From contig JBFHCO010000003.1 in assembly GCA_041585205.1 (NCBI GenBank), positions 1 to 38,406 of the forward strand: a DNA stretch of 38,406 bases, given 5' to 3'. Made by a program: the position numbers and the translations under genes. Origin of the DNA: Candidatus Omnitrophota bacterium. Its GTDB lineage: Bacteria > Omnitrophota > Omnitrophia > Omnitrophales > Aquincolibacteriaceae. Positions within the stretch are counted from its first letter, which is position 1; each line of letters begins with the position of its first letter. The notes below the pieces were generated by a model. The model saw only the letters and a program-made list of their open reading frames with translations. It was not told where the DNA came from and did not search any database. This document shows positions 19,190 through 27,438 of the stretch, in pieces.

Positions 19190-20619
19190 ACCTTATTGCG
19201 GCCTTTCCTTTTTGCGTCATAAAGAGCCCGATCCGATTTCTGGACCAAACTTTCCAAATCCAGGGTGTCATCCGGCAGACTTGAAACTCCGATAGATACA
19301 GTCATCTTGAGCTTTTCGCGGCGGATGATAAACGGGCTTTCCTCGACGGCTTGTCTGATTTTTTCGGCGATCTCGGCCGCCTCCTGCTTTGAAACTTCCG
19401 GCAGCAAAACAGCGAATTCTTCTCCCCCGTAACGCGCCACGACGGCATTTTCCGTATTTTCCTTAAGAATTTCAGAAAAATGAATTAACATCAGGTCGCC
19501 TGCCGTATGGCCGTACCGGTCGTTGCAATTTTTAAAATGATCGAGGTCGCATATAAGAAGCGATAAGGGCCTGTGCGTGAGCAGTACGCGGCGATGCTCA
19601 TCTTTCAGTCGCTGATAGAAAAATCTTCTTAAATACAAACCCGTCAGAGAATCGCGAATTGCCAATTCTTCCGTTTTTTCGTAAAGTTTCGCGTTGGATA
19701 GCGCGGTGGACGCCACCCCGCCGATGGCATCGAGTAATCTCAGGTCATCATTGGAAAAATTTTCGGGCCGGGAAGCATGAATACGCAATGTTCCTATCAC
19801 GCGCCCTTCATACAACAAGGGAACAATGATTAAACTGCGTATTTTTTCATGCTTCATTGTTTCTGAAATGTCGAATCGAAAATCCTGATGGGCATCATTG
19901 ACAATCAAACGTTTTCGGTTACGGACAACCCATATATCAAATAAGTCGCCTTGCTTTTCGAGGATTTTAGGCGCTTTATCGGAAGCCGATTGCGACGCGA
20001 TCACGGACATTTTTCTGCCTTCCGGGTCCGCAAACGCTAAGAGGACAACGTCACCACGAGGTATGAATTCCGCGCATTGCTTTACAATCATCTGAGACAA
20101 TTGTTTTACCGATAAGCTTGTGGTAAGGCCTTCCGCGAATTTTCTTAAATGATAATAAGTGGAATATTTTTCAAAGAGAATGCTGATGCCCTCTCCTTTT
20201 GTTTTATACCACACGCTTAAATCATTCATTTCATTTTGCTGCTTTTCCCGATCCACCACCAGACCGCCGATCTGGTTCTCGTAATTTTCATCCAACCGGT
20301 AAAGCAAAAAGCACAACACGGCATACTCCGCCAAAAACCAGCCGTACAGAGACGATTTCGCGACGCTCCCAGCGAAAAACATCATCGCGATCGCAAAGAG
20401 TGAAAATATGATCCCTCCGGGGACGCGCATCCCCTTCCATGCGAAAATGATCGCCAGAAAATATCCGCTTAAACACAGAGCGATTCGGTTCAGATAAATT
20501 TCAGGAGAGGCGGTGCCTTTCAAAAAAGACAGGGCTTGAACTATTTGGTAGGTCAAAAAGACGGTGATGAGAATCGCCAGAGCAAAACTGATTCGCCGCG
20601 GGCTTATGGGCTGATGCAT
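19171..20619 (-). CDS. Membrane-bound diguanylate cyclase (TM, coiled coil, GAF, GGDEF) without I-site
   Basis: GAF (IRSLIIVPLLYEGRVIGTL...FSNDDLRLL...ALSNAKLYE), DSLTGLY, CDLDHFKNCNDRYGHTAGD, ARYGGEEF. Confidence 0.92.
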   Translation of the reverse strand: MHQPISPRRISFALAILITVFLTYQIVQALSFLKGTASPEIYLNRIALCLSGYFLAIIFAWKGMRVPGGIIFSLFAIAMMFFAGSVAKSSLYGWFLAEYAVLCFLLYRLDENYENQIGGLVVDREKQQNEMNDLSVWYKTKGEGISILFEKYSTYYHLRKFAEGLTTSLSVKQLSQMIVKQCAEFIPRGDVVLLAFADPEGRKMSVIASQSASDKAPKILEKQGDLFDIWVVRNRKRLIVNDAHQDFRFDISETMKHEKIRSLIIVPLLYEGRVIGTLRIHASRPENFSNDDLRLLDAIGGVASTALSNAKLYEKTEELAIRDSLTGLYLRRFFYQRLKDEHRRVLLTHRPLSLLICDLDHFKNCNDRYGHTAGDLMLIHFSEILKENTENAVVARYGGEEFAVLLPEVSKQEAAEIAEKIRQAVEESPFIIRREKLKMTVSIGVSSLPDDTLDLESLVQKSDRALYDAKRKGRNKVCLSKD

Positions 20620-20710
20620 AAAGGCATGCCTTATTCTAAAAGCTTATTGGCGTTCAGGGAAAGACAGAACCCTAACATAATGCACGATGGTTCTTAAAAT
20701 AAGAGGAACG

Positions 20711-20728
20711 CGATCGAGCTTGCGATCG
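20711..20728 (-). terminator. Possible weak intrinsic terminator after the ABC ATPase
   Basis: CGATCG-CAAGCT-CGATCG stem-loop just after the stop, followed by a pyrimidine/T-rich run; no clean U-tract. Confidence 0.3.
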
Positions 20729-20729
20729 G

Positions 20730-21839
20730 TCAGAATATGGCTACCCTTTTATCGTTATCAAAAAAATGAGTCTTGCTCATATCAAAAACAATTTGAAGGT
20801 CCTGATTAACGGTAGCCGTATCCTGATTGGATACACGGGCAACAAAATTATTGTTTCCGACATGGAGATATAAATAAATCTCTGAGCCCATAGGCTCGAC
20901 CACTTCCACTGTCGCGGTCACGGTAAATTCGGGTCGTGCATCCTGGGCGAATATTTTGTCATAGATATCTTCGGGACGAATACCCATCACGACTTCTCGG
21001 TCACGGTAAGGCGCAATCTTGGCGTAATGCTGCGGTAATAAGCGCAGCTTGATGCCGCGATCCTGAAAAAAATAATCCCCATTCTGCGCCTTGATGGAAC
21101 CTTTAAGAAAATTCATCGGAGGTGAACCGATGAATCCTGCCACAAATTCGTTGACAGGATTTTCATAAAGTGTAACGGGATCAGCAACCTGCTGAATGGT
21201 TCCCCCGCGCATAACCACAATGCGGTCCCCAAGCGTCAGCGCTTCCACTTGATCATGCGTCACATAAATCATGGTGGACTGAAGACGATTGTGAAGTTTT
21301 TGGAGTTCCATGCGCATCTGCACGCGCAATTTCGCATCCAAATTGCTTAAAGGTTCGTCAAAGAGAAATACTTTGGGCTTCCTCACAATCGCGCGCCCGA
21401 CCGCGACACGTTGACGTTCGCCGCCTGACAGCTCCTTGGGTTTACGTTTGAGCATGGAACTGCTGCCCAAACCGAGAATTTCAGCCGCTTCCTGGACGCG
21501 TCTTTCAATTTCTCTGCGAGGGTATTTTCTCAATTTCAACCCAAACGCAAGATTCTCATAAACCGTCATGTGGGGATAAAGGGCATAGTTTTGAAAAACC
21601 ATAGCGATATCACGGTTTTTCGCGGGTACATCGTTCACAATTTGATCATCGATGAGAATTTCTCCGCCGGATGCTTCCTCCAACCCCGCGATCATCCGCA
21701 GAGTGGTCGATTTACCGCAACCCGAAGGCCCGACAAAAACCATAAATTCTTTGTCCTGAATGTCTAAATTGACACTTTTAACCGCTTCAACATTTCCGTT
21801 AAAATGCTTCGATACGTTTCTAAGTTTGACGGTTGCCAT
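20730..21839 (-). CDS. Carbohydrate ABC transporter ATP-binding subunit (MsmX/MalK/UgpC family)
   Basis: Walker A GPSGCGKS, MVFQNYALYPH, LSGGERQR, FLFDEPLSNLD, YVTHDQVEA, C-terminal TOBE/OB region; AGGAG RBS. Confidence 0.95.
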   Translation of the reverse strand: MATVKLRNVSKHFNGNVEAVKSVNLDIQDKEFMVFVGPSGCGKSTTLRMIAGLEEASGGEILIDDQIVNDVPAKNRDIAMVFQNYALYPHMTVYENLAFGLKLRKYPRREIERRVQEAAEILGLGSSSMLKRKPKELSGGERQRVAVGRAIVRKPKVFLFDEPLSNLDAKLRVQMRMELQKLHNRLQSTMIYVTHDQVEALTLGDRIVVMRGGTIQQVADPVTLYENPVNEFVAGFIGSPPMNFLKGSIKAQNGDYFFQDRGIKLRLLPQHYAKIAPYRDREVVMGIRPEDIYDKIFAQDARPEFTVTATVEVVEPMGSEIYLYLHVGNNNFVARVSNQDTATVNQDLQIVFDMSKTHFFDNDKRVAIF

Positions 21840-21848
21840 AAAACTCCT

Positions 21849-22679
21849 CTAACCGGAACAATATTGCAATAGTAGTGACAATGTTTGTTTTAATTCCGAA
21901 CGCCTGATAACCATATCGATAAGACCGTGCTCCAGCAAAAACTCGGACGTCTGAAAATCCGTCGGGAGCTTTTGCCTAATCGTTTGCTCTATCACGCGGG
22001 GGCCGGCAAATCCAAGCAATGCCTTAGGCTCCGCGATAATGATATCTCCCAATGAAGAAAAGCTGGCCATCACACCGCCCATCGTCGGATTCGTCAAAAC
22101 GGATATGAATGGTTTTTTTCCTTTTTGATAACGCGTCAACGCGAGCGACGTTTTTGCCATCTGCATTAAACTCAAAGCCCCTTCGTACATCCGGGCCCCG
22201 CCCCCTGATCCGGATATGATGATCAAGGGCAACTTTTTTTCATGGGCATATTCGATCAGACGCGTAATCTTCTCGCCGACGACGGAACCCATGGAACCCA
22301 TGATGAACCGGGAATCCGTCACACCGAAAGCGACGGAACGGTTGTCCAGCTTACCCTCGCCCGTCAGGCACGCTTCTTTAAGCCCGGTTTTTTTTTGATC
22401 CTGTTTGATCTTGTCGAGATAAGACTTAACCCCTTCAAAATTCAAAGGATCCTGCGATTTCAGATTGGCGTCGAATTCTTTGAAAGACTTCGCGTCTAAA
22501 AGCTGATGGATACGGTCTTGCGCACCCACGATGAAATGATAATCGCATTTCGGGCACACGGAAAAATTCTCGCGCAATGACTTATTGAACAATACATTTT
22601 GGCAATTCGGACATTTCGTCCAAAGGCCGGCGGGTACACTTTTCTTCTTCAATCCGCTTGTAATCGGGTCTGAGTTCAT
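21849..22679 (-). CDS. accD: Acetyl-CoA carboxylase carboxyltransferase beta subunit
   Basis: Zinc finger CPNC...CPKC, FIMGSMG, GGARMYEG, PTMGGV, GFAGPRVIEQT. Confidence 0.97.
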   Translation of the reverse strand: MNSDPITSGLKKKSVPAGLWTKCPNCQNVLFNKSLRENFSVCPKCDYHFIVGAQDRIHQLLDAKSFKEFDANLKSQDPLNFEGVKSYLDKIKQDQKKTGLKEACLTGEGKLDNRSVAFGVTDSRFIMGSMGSVVGEKITRLIEYAHEKKLPLIIISGSGGGARMYEGALSLMQMAKTSLALTRYQKGKKPFISVLTNPTMGGVMASFSSLGDIIIAEPKALLGFAGPRVIEQTIRQKLPTDFQTSEFLLEHGLIDMVIRRSELKQTLSLLLQYCSG

Positions 22680-22708
22680 AAAGTCAGGTCGACATTAAAA
22701 AACATGAC

Positions 22709-22737
22709 ATTGTAGGGGAGACCATATAAGCTGTCAA
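22709..22737 (-). promoter_or_regulatory. Strong sigma70-type promoter of the accD-ATPase unit
   Basis: TTGACA-17 nt-TACAAT on the minus strand. Confidence 0.75.
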
Positions 22738-22785
22738 TCCCTTTCTAACCCATTCATTAATTTGAAGTTACAAAAAGTGACCTGC

Positions 22786-22815
22786 TTTACAACCCCCCCT
22801 ATTTCATGGTATTTT
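22786..22815 (+). promoter_or_regulatory. Sigma70-type promoter of rpoN (extended -10, leaderless geometry)
   Basis: TTTACA-18 nt-TATTTT with TGn extension, 7 nt before ATG 22823; no SD sequence. Confidence 0.55.
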
Positions 22816-22822
22816 CTAGCAT

Positions 22823-24268
22823 ATGGAACCTAAGCTGACTCAACAGCAGTCACAAAAGCTGATTCTCTCGCCTCAGATAAGGCAATACCTCAAACTGCTT
22901 CAATTGCCTTTGGCGGAGCTCTCCCAAGCGATTCAATCTGAATTAGCCGAAAATCCCATTTTGGAAGAACTGCCTGCGGAGAAGATTGCGGATGATCAGG
23001 GCTCTGATACTGAAGCCGACTCGCCTTCCGAAAGCCCTCCCGCTCAAGAAGTCCAGGTAGGAGAATCTTTTGCATCGTTGGATCAAATGGACGAGGGCTA
23101 TTGGTCTTCTTACGATGAGGGTGATCGAGCACGACAGGACATTTCGGAGGCGCAAAAAAGAAAGAGCTATCAGGAATCTTTGATCGTAAAACCGGAGGCG
23201 CTCTCTGATTTTTTATTGTGGCAAATTAAATTCCTCGAATTATCGGAAAAAGATCAACGCGTTGCCGACGAAATCATAGGCAATATTGATGAAGAGGGTT
23301 ATTTGCGCGCCAATTTGGATGAAATCGCCCTTGCCTGTCAAACAAATGTGGTGGAAGTCGAACGCATACTGACTGAAATTCAACGGCTGGATCCGCCCGG
23401 CATCGGCTCCCGAAATCTTCAAGAGGCGCTTCTGATTCAACTCAAGAGAAAGGGTCAACCCGCCGCGGTCGCGATTGAAATCGTCAGCCATCATCTTTCC
23501 CTCTTGGAGAAAAGAGACTGGCAGCAGCTTGCCAAGATACTTTCCGTTGATATCCGCGAGATTCGCCGCGCGGCTAACTTGATCGCGAATCTAGAACCGA
23601 AACCCGGAAGGACTTTTTACATCGAAGAGCCTATCGCCGTCACACCGGATGCGACTGTTTATTACGGAGATGACGACGAAAATACATTAAAAATCGACAT
23701 TCACGACGAGTCGCTTCCGGAAATTCGCATCAATACTTATTATCGGAAGTTGCTTCGGAATAAAGATGCGGATGAGAAAACGAAAGCCTTTATACGTGAA
23801 AAAATGCAATCGGCCATGAATTTTATAAAAGCACTCAGCTTAAGAAAATCGACTTTGCGTGAAATCACGGAAGCAATCGTGCGCGCGCAGCCTGAATTTT
23901 TCGAAAAGGGGTTTTCTCAATTGCGGCCTCTCCGGCTGAAGGACATCGCCCAGACTCTGAACATCCATGAATCCACGGTCAGTCGCGCGCTTCAAGGAAA
24001 ATATATATCAACGCCTCAAGGAACTATTCCTTATAAAAGTTTCTTTTCGGGAAAAATGGAATCCACGGAAGGCATCGCGGAATCGCAGAAAAGTGTCATG
24101 GAGAAAATCCGTGAGTTGATCGAACAGGAAAATCCGAAAAATCCGCTTAGTGATCAGGTACTTGTTCAAAAACTCCAAGGGTTGGGTGTTGTGATTGCCC
24201 GCAGAACGGTCGCGAAGTACCGCGAAATGTTGAAAATTCTCCCCTCGCACTTACGCAGAAAGAAATAA
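22823..24268 (+). CDS. rpoN: RNA polymerase sigma-54 factor
   Basis: Q/L-rich region I (QQQSQKLILSPQIRQYLKLLQL), HTH LKDIAQTLNIHESTVSRA, PLSD, RpoN box ARRTVAKYRE. Confidence 0.98.
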   Translation: MEPKLTQQQSQKLILSPQIRQYLKLLQLPLAELSQAIQSELAENPILEELPAEKIADDQGSDTEADSPSESPPAQEVQVGESFASLDQMDEGYWSSYDEGDRARQDISEAQKRKSYQESLIVKPEALSDFLLWQIKFLELSEKDQRVADEIIGNIDEEGYLRANLDEIALACQTNVVEVERILTEIQRLDPPGIGSRNLQEALLIQLKRKGQPAAVAIEIVSHHLSLLEKRDWQQLAKILSVDIREIRRAANLIANLEPKPGRTFYIEEPIAVTPDATVYYGDDDENTLKIDIHDESLPEIRINTYYRKLLRNKDADEKTKAFIREKMQSAMNFIKALSLRKSTLREITEAIVRAQPEFFEKGFSQLRPLRLKDIAQTLNIHESTVSRALQGKYISTPQGTIPYKSFFSGKMESTEGIAESQKSVMEKIRELIEQENPKNPLSDQVLVQKLQGLGVVIARRTVAKYREMLKILPSHLRRKK

Positions 24269-24269
24269 A

Positions 24270-24342
24270 AGCTGGCGCTCGGGCTCGAACCGAGGACCTG
24301 CGGTTTACGAAACCGCTGCTCTACCAACTGAGCTACGCCAGC
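24270..24342 (-). tRNA. tRNA-Thr (anticodon CGT), CCA not encoded
   Basis: GCTGGCG/CGCCAGC acceptor stem, TAGCTCAGTTGGTAGAGC D-arm, GCGGT-TTCGTAA-ACCGC anticodon arm, CTCGG-TTCGAGC-CCGAG T-arm. Confidence 0.97.
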
Positions 24343-24466
24343 ATAAGCTTTGCGACACGAACCCATGATCTCGCGGCAAGCAGATCTTATAAGCTGATGC
24401 ATCCTATCCGCCGCCCCGGAGGGGCGCCGGCCCGAATGCAGTAACGCGGATAAATTTTAGACGGGG

Positions 24467-24495
24467 ATTATTACACCAGGTTGAAAACGTGTCAA
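24467..24495 (-). promoter_or_regulatory. Sigma70-type promoter of tRNA-Thr
   Basis: TTGACA-16/17 nt-TAATAAT followed by a GC-rich discriminator (CCCCGT). Confidence 0.6.
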
Positions 24496-24538
24496 TAGAA
24501 GGGCATAACTGATTTCGCGAAGTTGAAACAAGGCGCGC

Positions 24539-25711
24539 TCAGGCCTCAACGAAATGCTTCATAAAATCTTCTTGAGCAGTTTTGATGCGCTGCTCATCCG
24601 CTTCCAACCGTTCCAATTCCGCTGCATGCTGCTCCGCCTGCGAAAGAGCCTCCTTGGCTTCTCCCCGCCTGTTTTGGCGTTCCAGGACATCGGCCAATCC
24701 CATATAAGCGCTTAAGTACTTGGGATTTTCAGCCAAGATCAAGCGATACCGGCGCTCCGCTTCTTTCAACTGATTCATTTGCCGGTATGCTTCGGCCGTT
24801 AACAGTTCAACATCAAGCTCCCGGGGAAAAAGAAAAGACAAATGTTCGAGAATTTTCTTGGACTTCAGGCTTTCCCCGGCTTCAAGATACGCAATCGCCA
24901 AGTGGAATAAAAATTGTATGTCACGAATGCCCTGATGGAATAATTCTTCCCAATAATGCAGCGTTTGAGTAATATTGCCCTTCATGAGCGATAAGGCTCC
25001 TAAATGATATCGGATGTACAAATCATTCGGAATTTTTTTCTGTAAATCCCGCAGCACCTGGACCGCTTTATCCGTTTGACCGATTTGCTGATAGGCTAAA
25101 CTGACCGCGAAAGCTGCTTCCCGGCTTTCAGGTTCCAATTCCAATACTTTTTCGAAATGCGCGGCCGCTTCTTCGTACCGCTTCATAATCATCAAAATGC
25201 GCCCGCTCGCGATTCGGGGATATATATCAAGCGGGTTATTTTCACTCGCTTGTTTTAACAGACCGAGTGCTTTTTCAAAGTCTTTCTCCTGCACATTCGT
25301 GATCGCGGTAAAAATATTCAAATGAAAATTACCCGGGTCCTTACTCAAGGCCTTTTCATAAAACCGGTTCGCTTCGGACGGCTGCCCCAAAATACGGTAA
25401 ACATGTCCCAAACCGATCATCGCTTCGGCGTCATCCGGCCGTTCTGCGAGTTTCCGGTTTAAATTGACGATCACATTATTAATACCATAATCCATGTTGG
25501 GACTGCTCATCAAGGCGATGTGATACAAATCATCGATGTTTCGCTGATAAGCTTCGAAATCGATGGCAGCGCCCTGGGGAGGTTCGTCCACCAAATCCGG
25601 TTGAAGCCGAGGCGGCGGCTCCACAGCCTGCGCGGTTAAATTCCCCAAAAGGAGGAATGCCCCTAACAGTACGCCGTATTTTTGGATTGGTATCAGGAAA
25701 AAAAATTTCAT
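24539..25711 (-). CDS. Exported tetratricopeptide-repeat protein
   Basis: Signal peptide ending AQA; repeated TPR patterns (AMIGLGHVY...ANRFYEKALSKDP; AAAHFEKVLELEP; AYMGLADVL). Confidence 0.85.
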   Translation of the reverse strand: MKFFFLIPIQKYGVLLGAFLLLGNLTAQAVEPPPRLQPDLVDEPPQGAAIDFEAYQRNIDDLYHIALMSSPNMDYGINNVIVNLNRKLAERPDDAEAMIGLGHVYRILGQPSEANRFYEKALSKDPGNFHLNIFTAITNVQEKDFEKALGLLKQASENNPLDIYPRIASGRILMIMKRYEEAAAHFEKVLELEPESREAAFAVSLAYQQIGQTDKAVQVLRDLQKKIPNDLYIRYHLGALSLMKGNITQTLHYWEELFHQGIRDIQFLFHLAIAYLEAGESLKSKKILEHLSFLFPRELDVELLTAEAYRQMNQLKEAERRYRLILAENPKYLSAYMGLADVLERQNRRGEAKEALSQAEQHAAELERLEADEQRIKTAQEDFMKHFVEA

Positions 25712-25727
25712 ATATTCTCAATCTTTA

Positions 25728-26411
25728 TTAAAAATTGCTGAAATCATCGTCATGCCGCTCTTCCTGTACGGGCTCCGTAAAATCGTCTTGGCTGCCTTCC
25801 ACATCCGCATCAAATCCCTCTATTTCTCGGTCTTCAAAAGTTTTTTCATCGGGCCAAGCATCGTTCTTATGTCCTTGCGTCTTCTCTTCACCCGCTTTCA
25901 CTTCCTCGCAATCCTGACCGGTTACGTCGCAAAACAACACTTTTCCTTCCGTGACCTTCAGCTTGCTGAGCCACTCGCCCAGCACCTGATATACCCACAA
26001 TTCAAACCATGTTCCCCTCACCGCCGCAACGGCTGTCGGAGTTTGCACTTCGAATTCAGATCCTTTTCCAAGACGCCCGACCTTCGCCTTTAGATTTCCT
26101 AGCGCCAGGTCTAATCGGGCTTTCATCCTGTCTTGCTCCATGTCAAATTGCCGTATTCCAAGCTCTGTTTCTTCTTCCAACTGCACGGATGTGTCTTTCT
26201 CCATCCGCAATTGAACGGTGCTGCCCTTTCCCACTTTCACCCGGTCACCGCCACCGAGCTCTTGGCCCTCTTGCGCACCCACCCACGCCGCCTGCCCCTC
26301 TTTCCTGACTTCAACTCGGCCTTCTATGCCGTGGAGGGAGATAGCAGCCGCAAAACTCTGGCCGCAATTCAAAATCCAAAAAAGCAAAAAAAATAGGGTT
26401 AATTTGTGCAT
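25728..26411 (-). CDS. Exported FecR-domain protein with acidic tail
   Basis: Signal peptide; GRVEV, LGGGDRVKVG, FEVQTPTAVAAVRGTWF, VTEGKV; GAGG RBS favours start 26411 over 26423. Confidence 0.82.
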   Translation of the reverse strand: MHKLTLFFLLFWILNCGQSFAAAISLHGIEGRVEVRKEGQAAWVGAQEGQELGGGDRVKVGKGSTVQLRMEKDTSVQLEEETELGIRQFDMEQDRMKARLDLALGNLKAKVGRLGKGSEFEVQTPTAVAAVRGTWFELWVYQVLGEWLSKLKVTEGKVLFCDVTGQDCEEVKAGEEKTQGHKNDAWPDEKTFEDREIEGFDADVEGSQDDFTEPVQEERHDDDFSNF

Positions 26412-26427
26412 ACCAGCCCTCATTTCT

Positions 26428-26467
26428 TATGACGTCATACGGTTTATTTTATTCATGCCTAATTATA
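26428..26467 (-). promoter_or_regulatory. Candidate promoter/operator for the FecR-TPR pair
   Basis: Perfect TATAAT (26462-26467, minus) without a well-spaced -35, and perfect palindrome TATGACGTCATA at 26428-26439. Confidence 0.4.
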
Positions 26468-26499
26468 CACGCAGGTCAATTCTGCCGACGAAAATTTAT

Positions 26500-27438
26500 T
26501 CACCGAAGCTCAAGCTGAGCTCGCTCCCGGCGGTTTTTCTTATTTTTGGATTCCGATGCCTCCCAAAAAAATCCGACGGCATTAGCAACCTGAGACAATA
26601 CTAACAGCACGGCTATAAAAAGGGAGCGCGGGTGACGGCTTCGGGATAAGGGATATCCGATCAATCGCCAATAAAAAGAAACGGGTTCCATTTGGATTTT
26701 ATAACGATTATTCATTCTTTCTGCCCGTAATTTGTGAAAATGATAAGCTCCTCGTCCGTAATTAAAATGTTGCCTCCAAAAGCTTCTTAAATTTAAATCA
26801 TGCGCATGACGAACGACAACATCCGGGGCAAAAATGGATTTTTTATCAAAATAAATCCATCGGTCCGTTATTTCCCGATCCTCTCCCCCCGCTATGGAAA
26901 AATCACTGTGAAATCCGCCTATTTTCAAAAAATCCTCGCGGGGGAATATCATATTATTCGAAGTAAAGAACCGGGCACGCTCCGAAATACGATTGTAATA
27001 GGACCCCAAATAGTCGATGAGCATCTGACTCGCTTCGGAACAAAGGTTATCCGACAAATGATTTTCTGTCCGACCACCGATCACCGCGATTGATTTAACT
27101 TGAATATACTCACATATTTTTTTAAGCCAATCAGGATGCGGCATACAATCATCATCCGTAAAAGCGACAATATCTCCCCGGGCTGCCTGCGCACCGGTAT
27201 TGCGGGCCATGCCCGGACCCCGCTGTTTCTGCCTCAACAAGACAATATTTAGCATCTCCTGAAAGGGTGCAACGACATCTTGCAACGGCGAAGGGCTTCC
27301 ATCGTCAACAACGATGACTTCAAATGCCTCTTTCGGATAATCCAATCGACAAATGGATCGCAAACACTCGCACAAATGATGAGGGCGCGCGTAGGTTGGG
27401 ATAACGATGGATATGATCGGGTAATGATTGTGAGTCAC
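26500..27438 (-). CDS. GT2 glycosyltransferase
   Basis: SIVIPTY, VVDDGS, ARNTGA, FTDDDC, GGEDRE, QHFNYGRG; GTGA overlap with wzx. Confidence 0.9.
   Translation of the reverse strand: MTHNHYPIISIVIPTYARPHHLCECLRSICRLDYPKEAFEVIVVDDGSPSPLQDVVAPFQEMLNIVLLRQKQRGPGMARNTGAQAARGDIVAFTDDDCMPHPDWLKKICEYIQVKSIAVIGGRTENHLSDNLCSEASQMLIDYLGSYYNRISERARFFTSNNMIFPREDFLKIGGFHSDFSIAGGEDREITDRWIYFDKKSIFAPDVVVRHAHDLNLRSFWRQHFNYGRGAYHFHKLRAERMNNRYKIQMEPVSFYWRLIGYPLSRSRHPRSLFIAVLLVLSQVANAVGFFWEASESKNKKNRRERAQLELR

Noticed and set aside
24166-24402. 78-aa minus-strand ORF
   Set aside because: It is a translation through the tRNA-Thr gene.
24343-24460. SRP RNA, 6S RNA or a second tRNA upstream of tRNA-Thr
   Set aside because: It lacks the SRP helix 8 motif, is short for 6S, and the GGTTCG is not in a T-arm or cloverleaf; kept only as an unknown structured leader.
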